Assembly (NCBI RefSeq): GCF_018977255.1
Contig: NW_024704742.1
Coordinates: 100,690,001 to 100,754,000, forward strand
Reading direction: 5' to 3'
From: Callorhinchus milii
Lineage: Eukaryota
Length of the DNA stretch: 64,000 nucleotides
The notes under the pieces were generated by a model, which saw only the letters and a list, made by a program, of their open reading frames with translations, had not been told where the DNA came from and made no database searches. Every line of letters begins with the position of its first letter. Position 1 is the stretch's first letter. The translations under genes were made by a program, and so were the position numbers. Shown here piece after piece: positions 26,893-40,600 of this stretch.

Positions 26893-27215
26893 ATATATTT
26901 TGTGGCGAGACATGGAGTTAATTTGTCCATAGTAATGCCCCCCAAACAGCTATGAAGTGAATTTTATGTGAGGGATTGTTACCCAGGACATCGGGAGAAA
27001 CTCCCTTCTCTTTTTGAATAGCGCCATGGGATCTTTAATGCCCAGCTGAACAGGTAGATATGACCTTGGTTTAAAGTCTCATCTGACAAAGCAGTACATC
27101 TCCAGCACAGCTTCAGAGGTTCAGTCTGGACTATATGAGTTCAAAATCCTGTTGTGGTGTTTGAAACCACAATCTTCTGACTTAGAGGCAAGATTGCCAA
27201 CTGAGCCAGACAGAC
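26893..27215 (-). mobile_element. Older DeuSINE-type element, directly adjoining a young SINE
   Basis: gccatgggatctttaatg...ttggtttaaagtctcatc...cttctgacttagagg. Confidence 0.8.
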
Positions 27216-27313
27216 ACAGATTTAATACCTGAGCCTCACTTACGGCACAGTCCAGTAACTCAAACAATATTTGCTGGTTAAAGCTACAATGGGGCAGGAT
27301 ATGAATCCCATAC

Positions 27314-27365
27314 CTTTGGATTCATCCTGCTGTTCACTCAGAGGTTTTTCTTGATTCTCTTTTTC
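27314..27365 (-). CDS. Coding exon 9 (EKENQEKPLSEQQDESK)
   Basis: tttccttgtgatgtag|GAA ... AAG|gtatgg; 52 nt, phase 0-1. Confidence 0.72.
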
Positions 27366-28829
27366 CTACATCACAAGGAAACAAAACAGTTGGTAAACGT
27401 GACATGCAATTAAACATTAACAAAAAGAATTTGCAATTCAAAGCTCCACCATCACAAACTATAATTACTGTGAGTAAAATTAGTCACATTTCTCAGACAT
27501 TCATCAAGACTGTAGATGGTTCTTATGTGCACATTTTATTTTAAATTGATTTTAAATATCTAGTAATTAGGTTCAAAAAAGATCATTCATATTTACAGAC
27601 ATTCTGAAGTGTTGAATTGTGGTTTTAATTTTTTTATATTAAAAAAACTGACCAATTTGTCCTTAGGAAGTTAAAGTGCCACAGTACTATGTATTAATTT
27701 GATATTGGCAGATTTTTAACATGTACATATTATATATATGGCAATTAAGTAACGGTATACATTTTTGCATAAATACATTTTTTATGATGAAGTGAAAGTG
27801 AAAGCTTGACGGCGATGTGGTGAAGTAAGATGTTTCATAACTATCACTTTGAATCTGTTATGAAAGTTGTAGTTTGTAACCCCAATGTTTGTGTTGCTTA
27901 ACAATTACTCCGCCTAGTGGTGGAAGAGAGAACAGCTGTGATAAGAATCAAGCAATGATGGACAGTAACAGGCCGAGAAGTAACCTTTGCATTGCCCAAT
28001 GTAAGACAAGTTAGGATTCACAAAATATCATTCAGGCTACGAGAACGTATTCTTCCAGTACATCTCCCATCATAAAATCTAATTGTATTTCCAATAACCC
28101 AAATGTTCTAGGCTGGATCACATTGGTTGGTACATTATTGAAAACATTTATCGACTGTTGAATTAGTTTTTCCTAATGTTTTTTAAAATAACCTTTCATT
28201 CATTTCTGTTTTTTAGATAGCGAGAATGTCTTGCTAGGTGTGGATATTCTACTCAAATGTATAAACACAGGACTAATTGCATCAATATCTTGTAAGTTAC
28301 GTTGGAAAGAAAGTACACAATGCTCATTGCATTGCACATATAAATATTGTGCATATTTTGAGGATGTAGTTTACACAAAGAAATGTGCAGGTAGATTGGA
28401 TATCATTTTTATATGAATGAACCAGACAAAAATAGAAAATCTCAGACATAATGTGAAGTCTATATAAATTAGATAAATGGAAAAGCAGTTTTTGGTATAG
28501 AGTATTATGCTTTTGCTTGGATGAGGCATGGATTTTTACTGCCTGTATTAATGCCTGTATTTGAAATAAACGATTTAATCGTATTTATCCAGCTGCTCAC
28601 TTTGTTTAGGCAATAAAATTGTTTCCACTTGGCTGGAGATAATGGCTACTGTAAACTGATTAAAGGACAATCAAGCTCACAGCTAAAATACCCGTTACAA
28701 TGTTCAATGGTAATTCCAGCATTAGACACTGTCGATATTTAGTCCAAGTAAATGAAGGTAATAATACTCCGAGAGCTCTGTTACCTCTCTTACATTTCCC
28801 AATGTCACTACTTTGTATCTGCCAACTGC

Positions 28830-29700
28830 TTCTCCTCCCAACCCGCGCTGTCACATGCTGCATTCTTCAGAGCTCTATCCTCGGTCCACTCCTTTTTAAT
28901 ATTTAAATGCTCCTGCTCGGTGATGTCATCTGCAGACATGGGGTTAACTTCCACATGTATGCGGATGACAGCCAACTCAATCTCTCTGCCTCCACCCTCG
29001 ACTCCAGGACCACTGGTGTCCTGACCGACTGCCTGTCAGATATCAAGTCCTGGATGAGAGCCAATCCAGTTGAATGTCAACATGATGGAGGCTCTCCTGC
29101 TTGGCTCCCATCAGGGCCTCCACACCTCAGGCACTGACAGCATCACTATACATGGGGATCCACTCTACACCTCACTGAGCCAGTACCGAACCTTAATGTT
29201 TTGTTTGACTCTCAATTGTCCTTTAAATCCCAAATCTATGCCTTAACCCATTCAGCTATTCCCCCACCTCCACGATATTGCCCGTCTGTCACTACCTCTC
29301 CCTTTGGGCTGCTGAGACCCTCATCTAAGCTTTTATAGTGACTAAGCTTAACTCTGCTAACTCCCTGCTCACCAGACTTCCCGACTCTTCCCTCCACAAG
29401 TTGCAGATTATTTAGAAATCTGCAGCTTGTGTCCTCTTCCGCACTAGGTGCCGCAAGCCTATCCCCCGTCCACCCCACCCACATGCTTGCCTGGCTCCAC
29501 TGATTTCCCATCCCCCAGAGGCTGCTTTATGTACCCTGCCCTGCCACCCCATCATTGGTGGTCGGGTCTTCAAAGTCTGCCCCCACCCTCGTAATTCCAT
29601 CTCAGAGTGTCTTCACCTTGCCCCTTCCCTCACTTTCTTCAAGGTCCTCTGAAGATCTTCCCCTTTGACCATTTGCCTTTGTCATCTTTCCCACCCCCAT
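28830..29700 (+). mobile_element. L2-clade LINE RT/C-terminal fragment, degenerate
   Basis: QSSILGPLLF and HGVNFHMYADDSQL motifs; frameshifts downstream. Confidence 0.9.
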
Positions 29701-30150
29701 AAATACTTAGTATTTTCATGGTAAATTTCAAAATCAATAATAACCTTGTTTGCTCAATTAATGTTTTGTTTCTTTAAAGTACATTTATGCCCTTGGTTAG
29801 AAATAGAGTAAAGGAATATTAAGATCCAGCCTGCGGTAAATAGAGAGGGATGTGAATTAGATTACTCGGGGAGACAATAGAAATGGATTATGTCAACAAA
29901 TTCAACAAGAAATTGGATGGCTATTTGGATGCTGAAGAAATAGATTGAAGGGTGTGAAAAGGGTAATGTAGGTTTTAAAATATCTTGGGATAAGTCAGAT
30001 GGATCATGCTAGTGTTTCCTGGTTCTGTACATTAATTCCTATGTAATTTAAACAAATTGTCACCTAATCTGCATATTTTTTCAATGTTTACCAATTGATA
30101 AACTAATATTTATCTTTACAAATAATCTTGTTTTATTCAAAGAGTCATAC

Positions 30151-30312
30151 CGATGTGTCTGAGGAATAATCTGACTTCAGTTTTTCATTTTGCTCAAGTG
30201 CTTCCTGAAGTTGTCTTCTTAGTTCCTCCAACTGGCTGCTGTGCAGTTTGTTCTGACAGTCCAGTAAAATCTTCTGCGAATCCAATTCCCGTTGACCTTT
30301 TTCCACATCTTT
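30151..30312 (-). CDS. Coding exon 8 (KDVEKGQRELDSQKILL...LEELRRQLQEALEQNEKLKSDYSSDTS)
   Basis: tttctgttgtcag|AAA ... TCG|gtatga; 162 nt, phase 0-0; coiled-coil composition. Confidence 0.87.
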
Positions 30313-32659
30313 CTGACAACAGAAACCAAATTAGCTAGTTACAAATGTAGACTTTCAGACTAAGTGACAAAAACTTTTCTTAATGTTACATTAATATAAG
30401 AGAGATTTTCCTTTGATGAGAGAATAACATGTAATGGATCCTGGGGATAATAATATAACAATAATAATCCTTGCATTTGATACAGCACCTTATCACATCA
30501 TTGAGATGTCTCAAAGCGCATCACAGGATTTACGGTAAAGTAATGGGTATCGATGAATACATCTTAGTTATGTGCGAGTCTGATTAATTCAAGATGAGCA
30601 AATCCCGAGATAAAAAGAAACAACAACAAATTACATTTCTACAGCACCTTTCCCATGCAATTGTTTAAAAATATGACTTTAAACCAGAAAAATGCTGGAA
30701 ATGAACATCCATTTCCAATGTTGTTCTCATTGGTGAGCTCTATGAAGCCGGAATATACATTCCACTTCTGCCTTTTAGCCTTCTACGCCCAATGAGGAGC
30801 GTTTATTCAACTGAATGTATATAGAGCCCTATTGTAGTATGATAATTGGGGTCCACAAAATCCCAATTATAATGGGGAATGATTGCTGGTCAGTGTTTCT
30901 GCATTCCTTGTCCATGTGCACAGAAATCCTGCTGGCTTGCTTCAAACACCGGCCGGTATCCACAGGTAACAACCTCTGGGTCATCATCTCGTAACCAACA
31001 TCACTTCTTAGGTGAATTACAGGTGAATCACAAAAGAGAGGTACCATGAGGAGACTGACATGTTTTCTTAAGTTAGTGTTTTTTTTTACATGTAATTCTC
31101 CCACTGTCCCATTAAAGAACACATTTCTGGTCTTAAAATGGACACCCTTCATAGAAGCAGGTCATAGAATTCCATACACGCCAAGGTAGCAATAGGACAA
31201 GTGGACACAGATCAGGATTGTGAAGGACAATTTTTAGGACAAATAATAGGAAGTATGTCCAGCAAGGATGGTACCCTCAACTCATTTAAGAAATAGCTTG
31301 ACGACATATTGGGAAGAAGTATGGGTGGGTATTCTGGAAAGATGACATCAAATACAGTAACAGAATACAATACACTTTACATTTATGTAGCATCTTTCTT
31401 TCGGGAGGACATCCCATTGTGTCAATGGGCTGAAGGGCCATTTTTTATTTCTATTTCTGCTGTGATTGGTGGAGGGCAGAGAACAAGCAAATCATCTGCC
31501 ACTTTGAAGTGTACATTAATACACAAGCCAAGAGAATATTATCTAAAAATAAAAATTCTAAACAAAATGGAAAGTTGACATAATCGTGAGACTTTTTCAG
31601 CCTATCTGGCTCCACTCGCTGGAACTCCATCCCGGAGTCCCTCTGAGTAACTCCCACCCTCATCTCTTTTAAAGGTCCATCTCTCCACCCTCAGATCCCA
31701 CCGCAGCTCAACTGCCAAGCCAGGTTTGTTAAGAATCTTGGGATGTCCTCCTGATGTGAAAGGTGCTGTAGAAATTTATAATGATAATAACTTATTGCAT
31801 TGTATTCTTTTTCTTAAATGGTCAAAAATTGGACTTTGAACCAAAGGAATTCTGATTAAACCAGTCATGTTAAGCTCTGCTTCAAAATAAAATCAAACTG
31901 GGCATTCATTCCCAATAACCGCTTCAAATTATTGCATATCTTGGGAAAACTCAGTATTCAGAGTTATGGAAGTAATTTTGTAAAAACAAGTTTTTAATTA
32001 TCTTCCAAAGCACAGCACACATCACGTAATAGTTGTGGAATGTCCACATTCCTTAAACGATGTTGTAGTGGATTCAGCTTCTCTTGTTACCATATTGCTA
32101 TCCTCCTGCACACAAAAAGGAAATTGGTAGAAACATCTTCAAAAATCAAAACTCTAAGATGTTAAACTTCCAATACTTTGGAAAATGATTCTCCAGACCT
32201 CTTGAGTTATGCTATCCAGAGTTAATTTTTTCCCCCCATTTCCAACACACAGTACCAGAAGAGTGCTCAGACATCAGGCTATTGCCATGGTTACCAGTCA
32301 CCTTCCAATTATCCAAATATATATGAATCTGTACAGCTGAGCAGCAATGTCAGTCGAATCATAAGAGCCACAATTTAAAGTAAAAAGAAAACATTTATAA
32401 TATATTATCTGAACTCGCCCTGTCAGCAATTTTTTCAAATTTTACTTTTTTTATTTTACTGAGTTTTGTTAACCTCATTTAACTTATCCTTAACTCATCT
32501 TTCCTCTGAAGTTTCTATTTTTGCCTTTAAAAAAGGCATATAACATTTGACAGGGTTTACTTGTGAACTGTGTTGAAATCTTTCGGTATGACAAGGATAG
32601 AACATAACAAGCTTCAATAATTTCAATATTTCAATAATTTCAGACCATAACAGCTCACC

Positions 32660-33078
32660 TTCCCCCTCTCGCTCTTCTGTGACCATTATCATATCACCTG
32701 GGTCCCAGGCACACCTTTTCTCTCTCTGATCTGCCTATTCTGTTGCAATATCCCCCCCAACCCACCCCCGCCCTTTGTTTTGCATTATTAACACCCCTAT
32801 TCCCCCGCTTTGTTTTACATCATCAACTCCTCTTTAACCCGTCATCCCCTGTCCTCTACCCCATTTTCTTCTTGTCTTCCTTGCCCTGCCTCCCTCCCCT
32901 CTGTTTGCCCTTAAAAGCCTCTCTCTCCCAACATGTCCCAGGTCTGATGAAGGGTCATGGACCTGAAATGTTGACTCACTTTCCTTTCTCCATAGATGCT
33001 GCCTGACCTGCCGAGTGTTCCCAGTGACTTCTGTTTTTGTTTCAGATTTCCAGCATCTGCAGTATTTTGCATTTTGAA
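32660..33078 (+). mobile_element. Penelope-like element terminus (pLTR-type) with a hammerhead-like core
   Basis: C-rich tract, then CTGATGA-agggtcatggacct-GAAA and agatgctgcctgacctg...gatttccagcatctgcagt; the same sequence recurs at 45610-45832. Confidence 0.65.
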
Positions 33079-35231
33079 CATAACTAGCTTGTTCTTTTTA
33101 AAACAAATCATTAAAACTTTCAAAAGAGTAAAAAAAATGAAGGGACATGACAGTAGGTGGGATAGGGGTGATTTGTAGTAAGTGAGTCAAGGAATAGCCC
33201 ATTGGCAGAGTAGGCTTGATGGACTGAATGGCCTATTCCTGTTCTTAATCTATGTTCCTATGCTTTTTTTCCCTAGTCCTACTGGCTGTACAATTGTAGG
33301 TTAATTTTACAGTCAATCAAGAGCTAAAAGGTTGATGATCAGCAAGATCACATAAAAGAAGTGATCCTGTCAATCTCTGACCCAGATTTATTATGGAATG
33401 TCCAGAGTCGTTGGGGGCAAAAGCAAACACATGTCAGGGAAAGATCGACGTGACATAAATAGATATCTATGGCGCTCTAAGTATGAAATTAGTTCCTCCA
33501 CTTGTTTGGCTTGTTTACCATTTTAAACAACTGTGGTGCAGATCTGTGCAGCTGTGTAAAGGCACTGAGCAGAAGTCAGCCACATCCCCACAGGGAGGAA
33601 AATATTGGAAGTGCTCTTGTACTTAACTTGGCAGCCAGAATCGGAGAGCAACAGAGGAGCATTGTGGCCTCCGGGTGCAGACCACCCCGGTTGCTGTCTG
33701 TGATAGGGCAAGATCCAGAAAGAGAGAAAAGGAAAGTATTCCTTTTTTTTTAAAGTTTCACGCTCAAAGATGAAAAAGATGTTAAACATTACTGCGAAAT
33801 ATCATATTCACAGGACTTGCTTTTTTTGCAGAGAAGCAGCATACTGTCCATTTTGTTCGGAACATTTTGTAATAATAGGGCTGTGACAATATCTTGTGAA
33901 AAGCTTTGAGACATCCTCCCAATGTAAAAGATACAATATCAAATGCAAAGATTCTTCTTCATAATAATAATAGCATTGATAGAATCACTCTCTAAAGATA
34001 TAACTCAAAATATTATAACTTAATAGTAATTTATTTATGATAAACACAAGGAGAGATGATTGTCCAGTACTTAATCACAGAATGAATTCTCTTTTTTTTA
34101 ACATGCCTGTATTTCACTTGCAGTTGAGTTAGATTCTTTTTTCCTTTTATAATTTACAGCATAACAGTTCTGTGTAAAATCATTTTTAGACGTTACGTAA
34201 TAAAAAATGTCTGTGTACTACAGGGTAAAAGAAATTCAGTGCAGAAACACATAAATCAACAAAGTACCTTCAAAGGAAATTCATCTAATCATTATCCAGA
34301 CTTTAAGTATTGCATTTTGTTTTCCCATTCAAATCAATTACAGACCTTGAGATACTCTTTACCAGGCAATACGGCAATTTCATATAAAATTCAACAGGGG
34401 CCGATGCTTATTTCAACATGTTAAAAATAACAAAAAGCATGAGAAAGTAAAGAAAAGGAAAACAAATTTAAGGCCATTTTATTATTAATCAAAATATGAA
34501 GAACTTAGTCTATTAAACAGATCGAGGAATTTTTACCCCAGATGTAAGAGGATTAAATTGTGATTATGGTATTTGAATCCTACTGGTTTAGTCCAACAAA
34601 TTGTTTTTTTCTGACAAAATGCAACAGGAACAGCTTATCTATTAAATCAGCATGATTGGATTGGACTTATCACATTAAATGTTTGCACTTGTACCATCAC
34701 AGTTTTTTTTACTGTAATGAATGTCAAACATTATTTCCCTGTGGACTAAATTATCTAACTACAACTCTTGGTTCCACACACCATCTCACCATCAACTACG
34801 ATGCCCATGCTCATCCTTTGCGGAATTTTCTCCTGAAGAAACTTTCACCCTCTCCCTCTCCTCTCAAAACCATTTTTAAAGAAAATATTTGATCATACCA
34901 TTTGTCAACAACCTTAAATTCCCTCTCCTTTACTCAGTGATCCCTATTCTCATGAAGTGCCTTGAGATGCTCCTTCTACATAAAAAGTGATTCTATAATA
35001 GAATATTGGAGGATCTGAGGAAAGTGGAGGCAATTGACATATTGGGATTCGGATACGTGGGTTCAATGGCAAAGCAAACTGTGATCCCAATACAATTCAA
35101 TGGTCCTATATAAATGCATATTATTTTTGTAAAAGATAAGACATCATTTCTAAAATGTTACTGCTCTGTTTCATGCACGAAATTATGATTAGCGAAAGAG
35201 AATCATGCAAAAGCTTTTACGAAGTATCAAC

Positions 35232-35332
35232 CTTTGCGACTTCTGCCTGAGATTTAAACTGCGTACATTCCAGAGTCGTTAGCTCATTCTGTTTCATCAT
35301 CTCCTTCATCTTTAGTTCTTTTCCTTCCAAAT
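35232..35332 (-). CDS. Coding exon 7 (DLEGKELKMKEMMKQNELTTLECTQFKSQAEVAK)
   Basis: ttttcgcattcacag|ATT ... AAG|gttgat (weaker donor); 101 nt, phase 1-0; heptad-like pattern. Confidence 0.82.
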
Positions 35333-35924
35333 CTGTGAATGCGAAAACATAATGAACATAACCTGGAACATAGCATTCAATACTTTATAATCTGACCCCG
35401 ATTGCAAAATGGAACTATATGAATTTGTTTCATGTGAATTAAACTGAACAAAAATTGAAAAATTTTGGGCACTGTTCTTAACCATGTCTGAATCCAATCT
35501 AAAAAAAAATGACAAAAAATAAAGAACAAATTTACAAATAGCCTGTTAGCTGCTTCAGGAAACTAAATTTTAAAGATGCTTAACTCCACCTGAGTATCCA
35601 TTTGTGAGAGAAGAAAGTGGAAAAAAACTTGAAGTAATAATCCTTGCATTTGATATAGTGCTTTATTATGTCATTGAGACACCTCAAAGCCCTTCACAGG
35701 ACTTGATTGTAAAGTATGGTGACTGCATACATTATAGGTGAACTATTGCTGAAGGTGACTTTTTTCTACCTGAATTGATGTTCTGGCTTCTTGTAAATGG
35801 TATAAAAATAATTCACTGTTTGACAATTCTGAAAATAAAGTGCACCTGAATCTATTTTATATTTCTATTGCAGCTTTTTTTAGCAATAGCGAAATGAAAT
35901 GGTATGGAATAGACAGTCACTTAC

Positions 35925-36010
35925 CCGAGTGGGCTAAAACGAGTTGATCAGCTAACTTCAGCATCTCTTCTTTTGCTTGGTGCACTGATTTCTCCAGTTT
36001 GCGTTTCCTC
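35925..36010 (-). CDS. Coding exon 6 (KRKRKLEKSVHQAKEEMLKLADQLVLAHS)
   Basis: cttttaacag|GAG ... CGG|gtaagt; 86 nt, phase 2-1, compatible with both neighbours. Confidence 0.88.
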
Positions 36011-36330
36011 CTGTTAAAAGTATTAAATCATTTGATCAGTGTAACTTAATTTGGTGCATGCACTGAGAACAAGCATACTGCTCTATGAATTCCTTGAGCT
36101 AAGATAATATTTAACTCATGAATGTATCTCAACTAGGAATAGTCACTCACTTTAAAAAACAGAGGGAAAATAGAATTTTCAAACAAATGTGAAGTTTTGC
36201 CAGGTGTTAAGTTAAAATGCATGGTTTACAACTCAGTTGTATGCAGTCTGACGTGAAGGGCACTATATAAATACGAGTTGTTGTTGTTAGTTCTCTACAG
36301 TGTCAAAATGTCAATATTAAAAAAAATCTA

Positions 36331-36593
36331 TAATAATAATCCTTGCATTTGATATAGCGCTTTTCACGTCGGGAGGACGTCCCAAAGCGCTTCACAGAAC
36401 ACACTGTAAAGTGAATTGACTGTATATTTGTGGGCGAATGGATTGAAAATGACCAATTTATTATTGTTTTTGGAGGGATTATTATTAGGTGTGTGGAGTA
36501 AGGAAACTTGCCCAAGGTTTCGCCCTGCCGGGAATTGAACTCAGGTCTCTCACTTGCAAAGCGAGTTCTCTAACCACTGAGCTACAGGACTCC
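36331..36593 (-). mobile_element. Young tRNA SINE, short subfamily, internal deletion
   Basis: Nearly identical to 49213-49533 but lacks ~45 bp. Confidence 0.92.
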
Positions 36594-36747
36594 AAATTAA
36601 TGTTTGAAGATGTTTTGTGTGTGTGCTTATCAAGATGAAGGATGTCAGTCCTGGAAAATAAGATACTTTTCCATGTTTTGACAAATAACACGCTCCGTGA
36701 GGAAATAGTATAAGATGTTTAAGAAATTAATGGGACGAATAAATAAG

Positions 36748-37045
36748 ACCATAAGATGTAGGAGCAGGAGTAGGCCATTCGAACCCTCGAGCCTGCTCTG
36801 CCATTTAATAAGATCATGGCTGATCTTCTAACTTAATTCCATTTACCCGCCCTATCCCCATATCCCTTAATCCCTCTATCCTTTAGAAATCTATCAACCT
36901 CAGTCTTGAATATGTTCTAGGACTGAGCATCCACAGCCTCCTGGGTAGAGAATTCCACAAATTTGCTACCATCTGAGTGAAGAAATGTTTCCTCAACTCA
37001 GTTCGAAAAGGCTGACCCTTAATCTCGAGACTTTGACCCCTAGTT
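36748..37045 (-). mobile_element. CR1 3' end
   Basis: KGQPFRTELRKHFFTQMVANLWNSL plus 3' UTR; same subfamily as 44620-45015. Confidence 0.9.
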
Positions 37046-38948
37046 TTAGAAATAAAAGAAACCCAAGCCATTGTCAACTTCACCTAACAACCTGGCTTTT
37101 ACTCATCACTTGACATTATTTGAAAGTACAAAACAAACATTATTATAATTTGCTTCTTCCTGTAAAACTACCAACAAGTCACTCAGATAAAATTGGTCAT
37201 TCATTTCATGGCTGTTTATGGGACATTGCGATGTGCAAATTGGCTGCTGCATTCACCTACAAACACACAGTCATTACACAGTAAATTCTGTGAACCTCTT
37301 GGAGGCATTCAATAAAACACCATATCAAATGCAAGATTATTATTATAGAATAAATGGGACATGTTTCATATTTCACAAGGACAGAAAAGTATTTCCTATC
37401 ACCCCATCCAATTTTTGTAATGTGCACAGCGTCACCAGTTTAAAGCGAACCTATGTATTATTGCTTTTAAACTAGGTTGATAAATTAAAACGATTTTCAG
37501 AAACTATCGGACATGGGCACATCTCCAATGCATGTATTCATTCAGTGGTGCTTAAAATTTCTCTACGTGTAATGTCACTATCAGCCTCTAGAGGTCTCGG
37601 TGTCTGCAGCTTGTTCCACGTTACAGTCTATAAGCAAATGAGAATAGCAGCAGATACCAAAACACATTGACATGGAAAAGGAAAAGTTGTCATCTATGAC
37701 CAAGACAACTTCAGCTTAGTCACTATGACATTTACATAATTTATTTCAGTGTCTAAAGAGGATTCGGCACAAATATAACAATAGTGTAACAGTAAATTAT
37801 ACAATTTTGGAAAAACATTGTGTTTCCAGCAAAATATCAAAACATAAAAGAACAACACTATAAAAAATATTCATTTTTAAAAAAAGTACATTGTTTTAAT
37901 TCACGTTCTTCCTTATTCTTGTTTCCCACAACACTCCCTTTCCTCTAACAACAAGATGGTCTGCTCCCACACCCCTGGCTGCTCAGCTAAATTCTGCCAT
38001 CACTGGGGAGAAGACATCAACTGTGAGTGAATGACCCTCTGATTTTGCACGTAAAACTATGTTTGCTGTGAAGTATGGGTCTCTTATGCTGCAAATCTCA
38101 TAGTATAGTCAGCTTTGTAAATCCAAATTCAGCAACAACAACAACTTGCATTTACATATTGCCCTTCACACGGGGCAGAGTTGCGTGGTGCTTTGGGAAT
38201 TCATATTGGGGAAAGGGGTAGGGTAGAAATGCTTTGTGCGATATGATCCACCACTGCATTTCCTTCCCACCTTATCTCCAGTCAAGCACTTTACCAGTTA
38301 AATAAGTACTGCTTGCGGGCAATTCTCCACCCACATTAAATTACAAACATGCTCTCAGGGGTGATAAACAAGCACCCGTCCGCAAATTAAAGACAAAGCT
38401 AGGACAATGGGAACTGCATTAGTCAAGTCTTTTACATACATCAGTCTTTCAGTCTGACATTAACATTCTTTGTGATATTCAGGAGGTTCCTAAGTAACTG
38501 GAGTCCAAAACACACATGACCTAGTTATTGATTTAGTTCCACACGCTTTGCAAGATTTTATTAAACAATATGGATGGAGGTGGTCGGTGAACGTTTCAAG
38601 GTGTAGGACATGAAGGCAGCTGGCTATAGCTGAATGTTGCTGGTTTTGGGGATGATTTTGTAACTTTGGGGACATTTTGGAGTTTCTTGGTCCAGGGAGT
38701 GCTTGTACTGAATTTTCCCTCGGGAGATTGAATGGTCGTGTGGACAATGATAAGCTGTGATATGATCTGTGGAAGAACCCGCTCAGCTCTCGACAAGCTC
38801 CATAGCCTATATCCTCTCCCACACAAGGCGCTGTGAGCCCATCCTCACCCCAGTCTCTGTTAGTTCCTTATAACCTTTCATCCTTTCAGAACACTCTTTC
38901 TACTGTCACAACATTACAGCTCCAAGCTGATTTTTAGATCAGTCCAGC

Positions 38949-38994
38949 ATCCTGGCCTCAAATACCTATCCTGGCCTCAAATACCTATCCTGGC
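38949..38994. repeat. 19-bp tandem repeat, ~2.4 units
   Basis: atcctggcctcaaatacct twice, then atcctggc. Confidence 0.9.
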
Positions 38995-39719
38995 AACCTG
39001 TAGTTAATTACTCTCTGAGTAAATATTTCTTAGTGTTCTGCTGCCTTGTCCCATCTAATAGTATTGTTCTGAGTTGACATTCGCAATCTCATTTACAAAA
39101 TAATTTGAATTAGAAAAAATATTTAATGTTCTGAGTTAGTTTGTAGGATACAATGTAAAACAAGACCAGGCATGTTTGAAAGTGGCTAATCATTGATGAC
39201 AGCAGTTCCTTAATAGGACAGGACATTTTTTATGCAGCTGCCTGAGGTCAGTCATGTTTGTTAGAAAGTGAGGTTGCCTTACACAGTCCATTAAATGAAA
39301 CAATTTAGATAACAGTCCCAAGGCAATATTTGAAAAGAGAAGGTGGTTTATCCCAGTGTCCTGGCCAACAATTTCCCAAATAAAATTGGCTGTTTTGTGA
39401 GACATTACCGTGCACAAACTGGCCGCCACATTCACCCACATAATACACATTCACTGCACTTTACAGTATATCCTATTCAGTGCTTTGAGATTCCTCCATG
39501 ATATGAAAACGTACTATATCAAATGCAGGATTATTATTATAACTTGAAACAAAATCACATTTTTTAGACAGTCTTAACCATATATTGAACAATACAGAAC
39601 ATTACAGAACAACTCTGCAAAAATGTAGTTCTGGAGTGCGGGGATGTGCTAGGTTAAGTCTCAGCAGAGCTGACATCACCTGGCTACTCCACTAGCATGT
39701 TCCTGACAATTATGTATGC

Positions 39720-40112
39720 CAGCCTGACTCAAGTTGATAACGTTCTCACTAGTCAGAAGGTTGTGGCTTCAGCCCTCAAATGGGTACTTTGAACTCATAG
39801 GCTGACACTCTAACGTTCTGCATTGTTGGAGATGTCATCCCTCGAATCAGACTTTAAACCAAGGTCCTGTCTGCTTTTTTAGGTGGATGTTAATGATCCT
39901 GTGACATTATTTAAAAATAGAAGGAAGTTCTCGCTGTGTCCTGGTTAACAATCCCTCTGATAAAACTGGTCATTCAGGTCATGGATGTTTGCGGGTCATT
40001 GCTGTGTGTAAATTGGCTGCTGCATTTGTCTACAGCTTGCAACATCCTGTGGACTGCTTTGAGTCATCCAGATGTGAAAGGTACTCACCAAATGCAAGGA
40101 TTATTATTATTT
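39720..40112 (+). mobile_element. Older DeuSINE-type element
   Basis: Homologous to 24670-25088; another 3' piece lies at 39310-39540. Confidence 0.8.
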
Positions 40113-40174
40113 AATTAGATTTTGCATGGAGCAGTGTCATTTTCCTCAGGCTCTGCTCTGTGCACTGGCAGAGC

Positions 40175-40600
40175 TTTTTTTTGGTCAGCCGGGTATATGA
40201 CATAGCTTAGCTTGCCATTGATATTAGTTTTCCCACTCGTAGTCCAGCTAGGACCACCCTAACTGTTAGGGCTTTGGCTTGAGAAGTCACAGGAGCTGAG
40301 TGGGATGACTACGTGTCCCCAGTGACTGGTCTGCCCTTCCAAGTCCTGACGATGAGCTAGGCTGGCTGTGTTGTCATCAGCAGTGCCCTGGAATACTGTA
40401 GACCGGCCTGGCTCAGGAACCGGACTACGAAGACCGCCACAGAGGGCTGGTTCGAATCCGACATTCCATTGCCAGGCATGTCACCTTGGAGCCAGTTCAG
40501 CTCCATGGAAACCGTGCGTAAGCCAGGGAGCTGAATGTCAGTGTATGGCATATGGGGGTAGGGAAATTGGTCACAGAGTTTGATCAGGAAGTATTCAGAA
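40175..40600 (-). repeat. Unclassified interspersed repeat, copy 2 (internally deleted)
   Basis: Matches 1-215, then jumps to the ccggctgacc(A)n end. Confidence 0.78.

Noticed and set aside
30829..31152. 107-aa minus-strand ORF
   Set aside because: No recognisable homology or convincing splice-site pair; it adjoins old CR1 sequence.
37538..37627. Exon-like block (TVTWNKLQTPRPLEADSDITRREILSTTE-stop)
   Set aside because: The open frame is phase 0 but the upstream exon ends in phase 2, which gives an immediate stop.
38490..38826. Overlapping minus-strand ORFs with a CxxCG motif
   Set aside because: It may be a decayed LINE C-terminus but is too degenerate to call.
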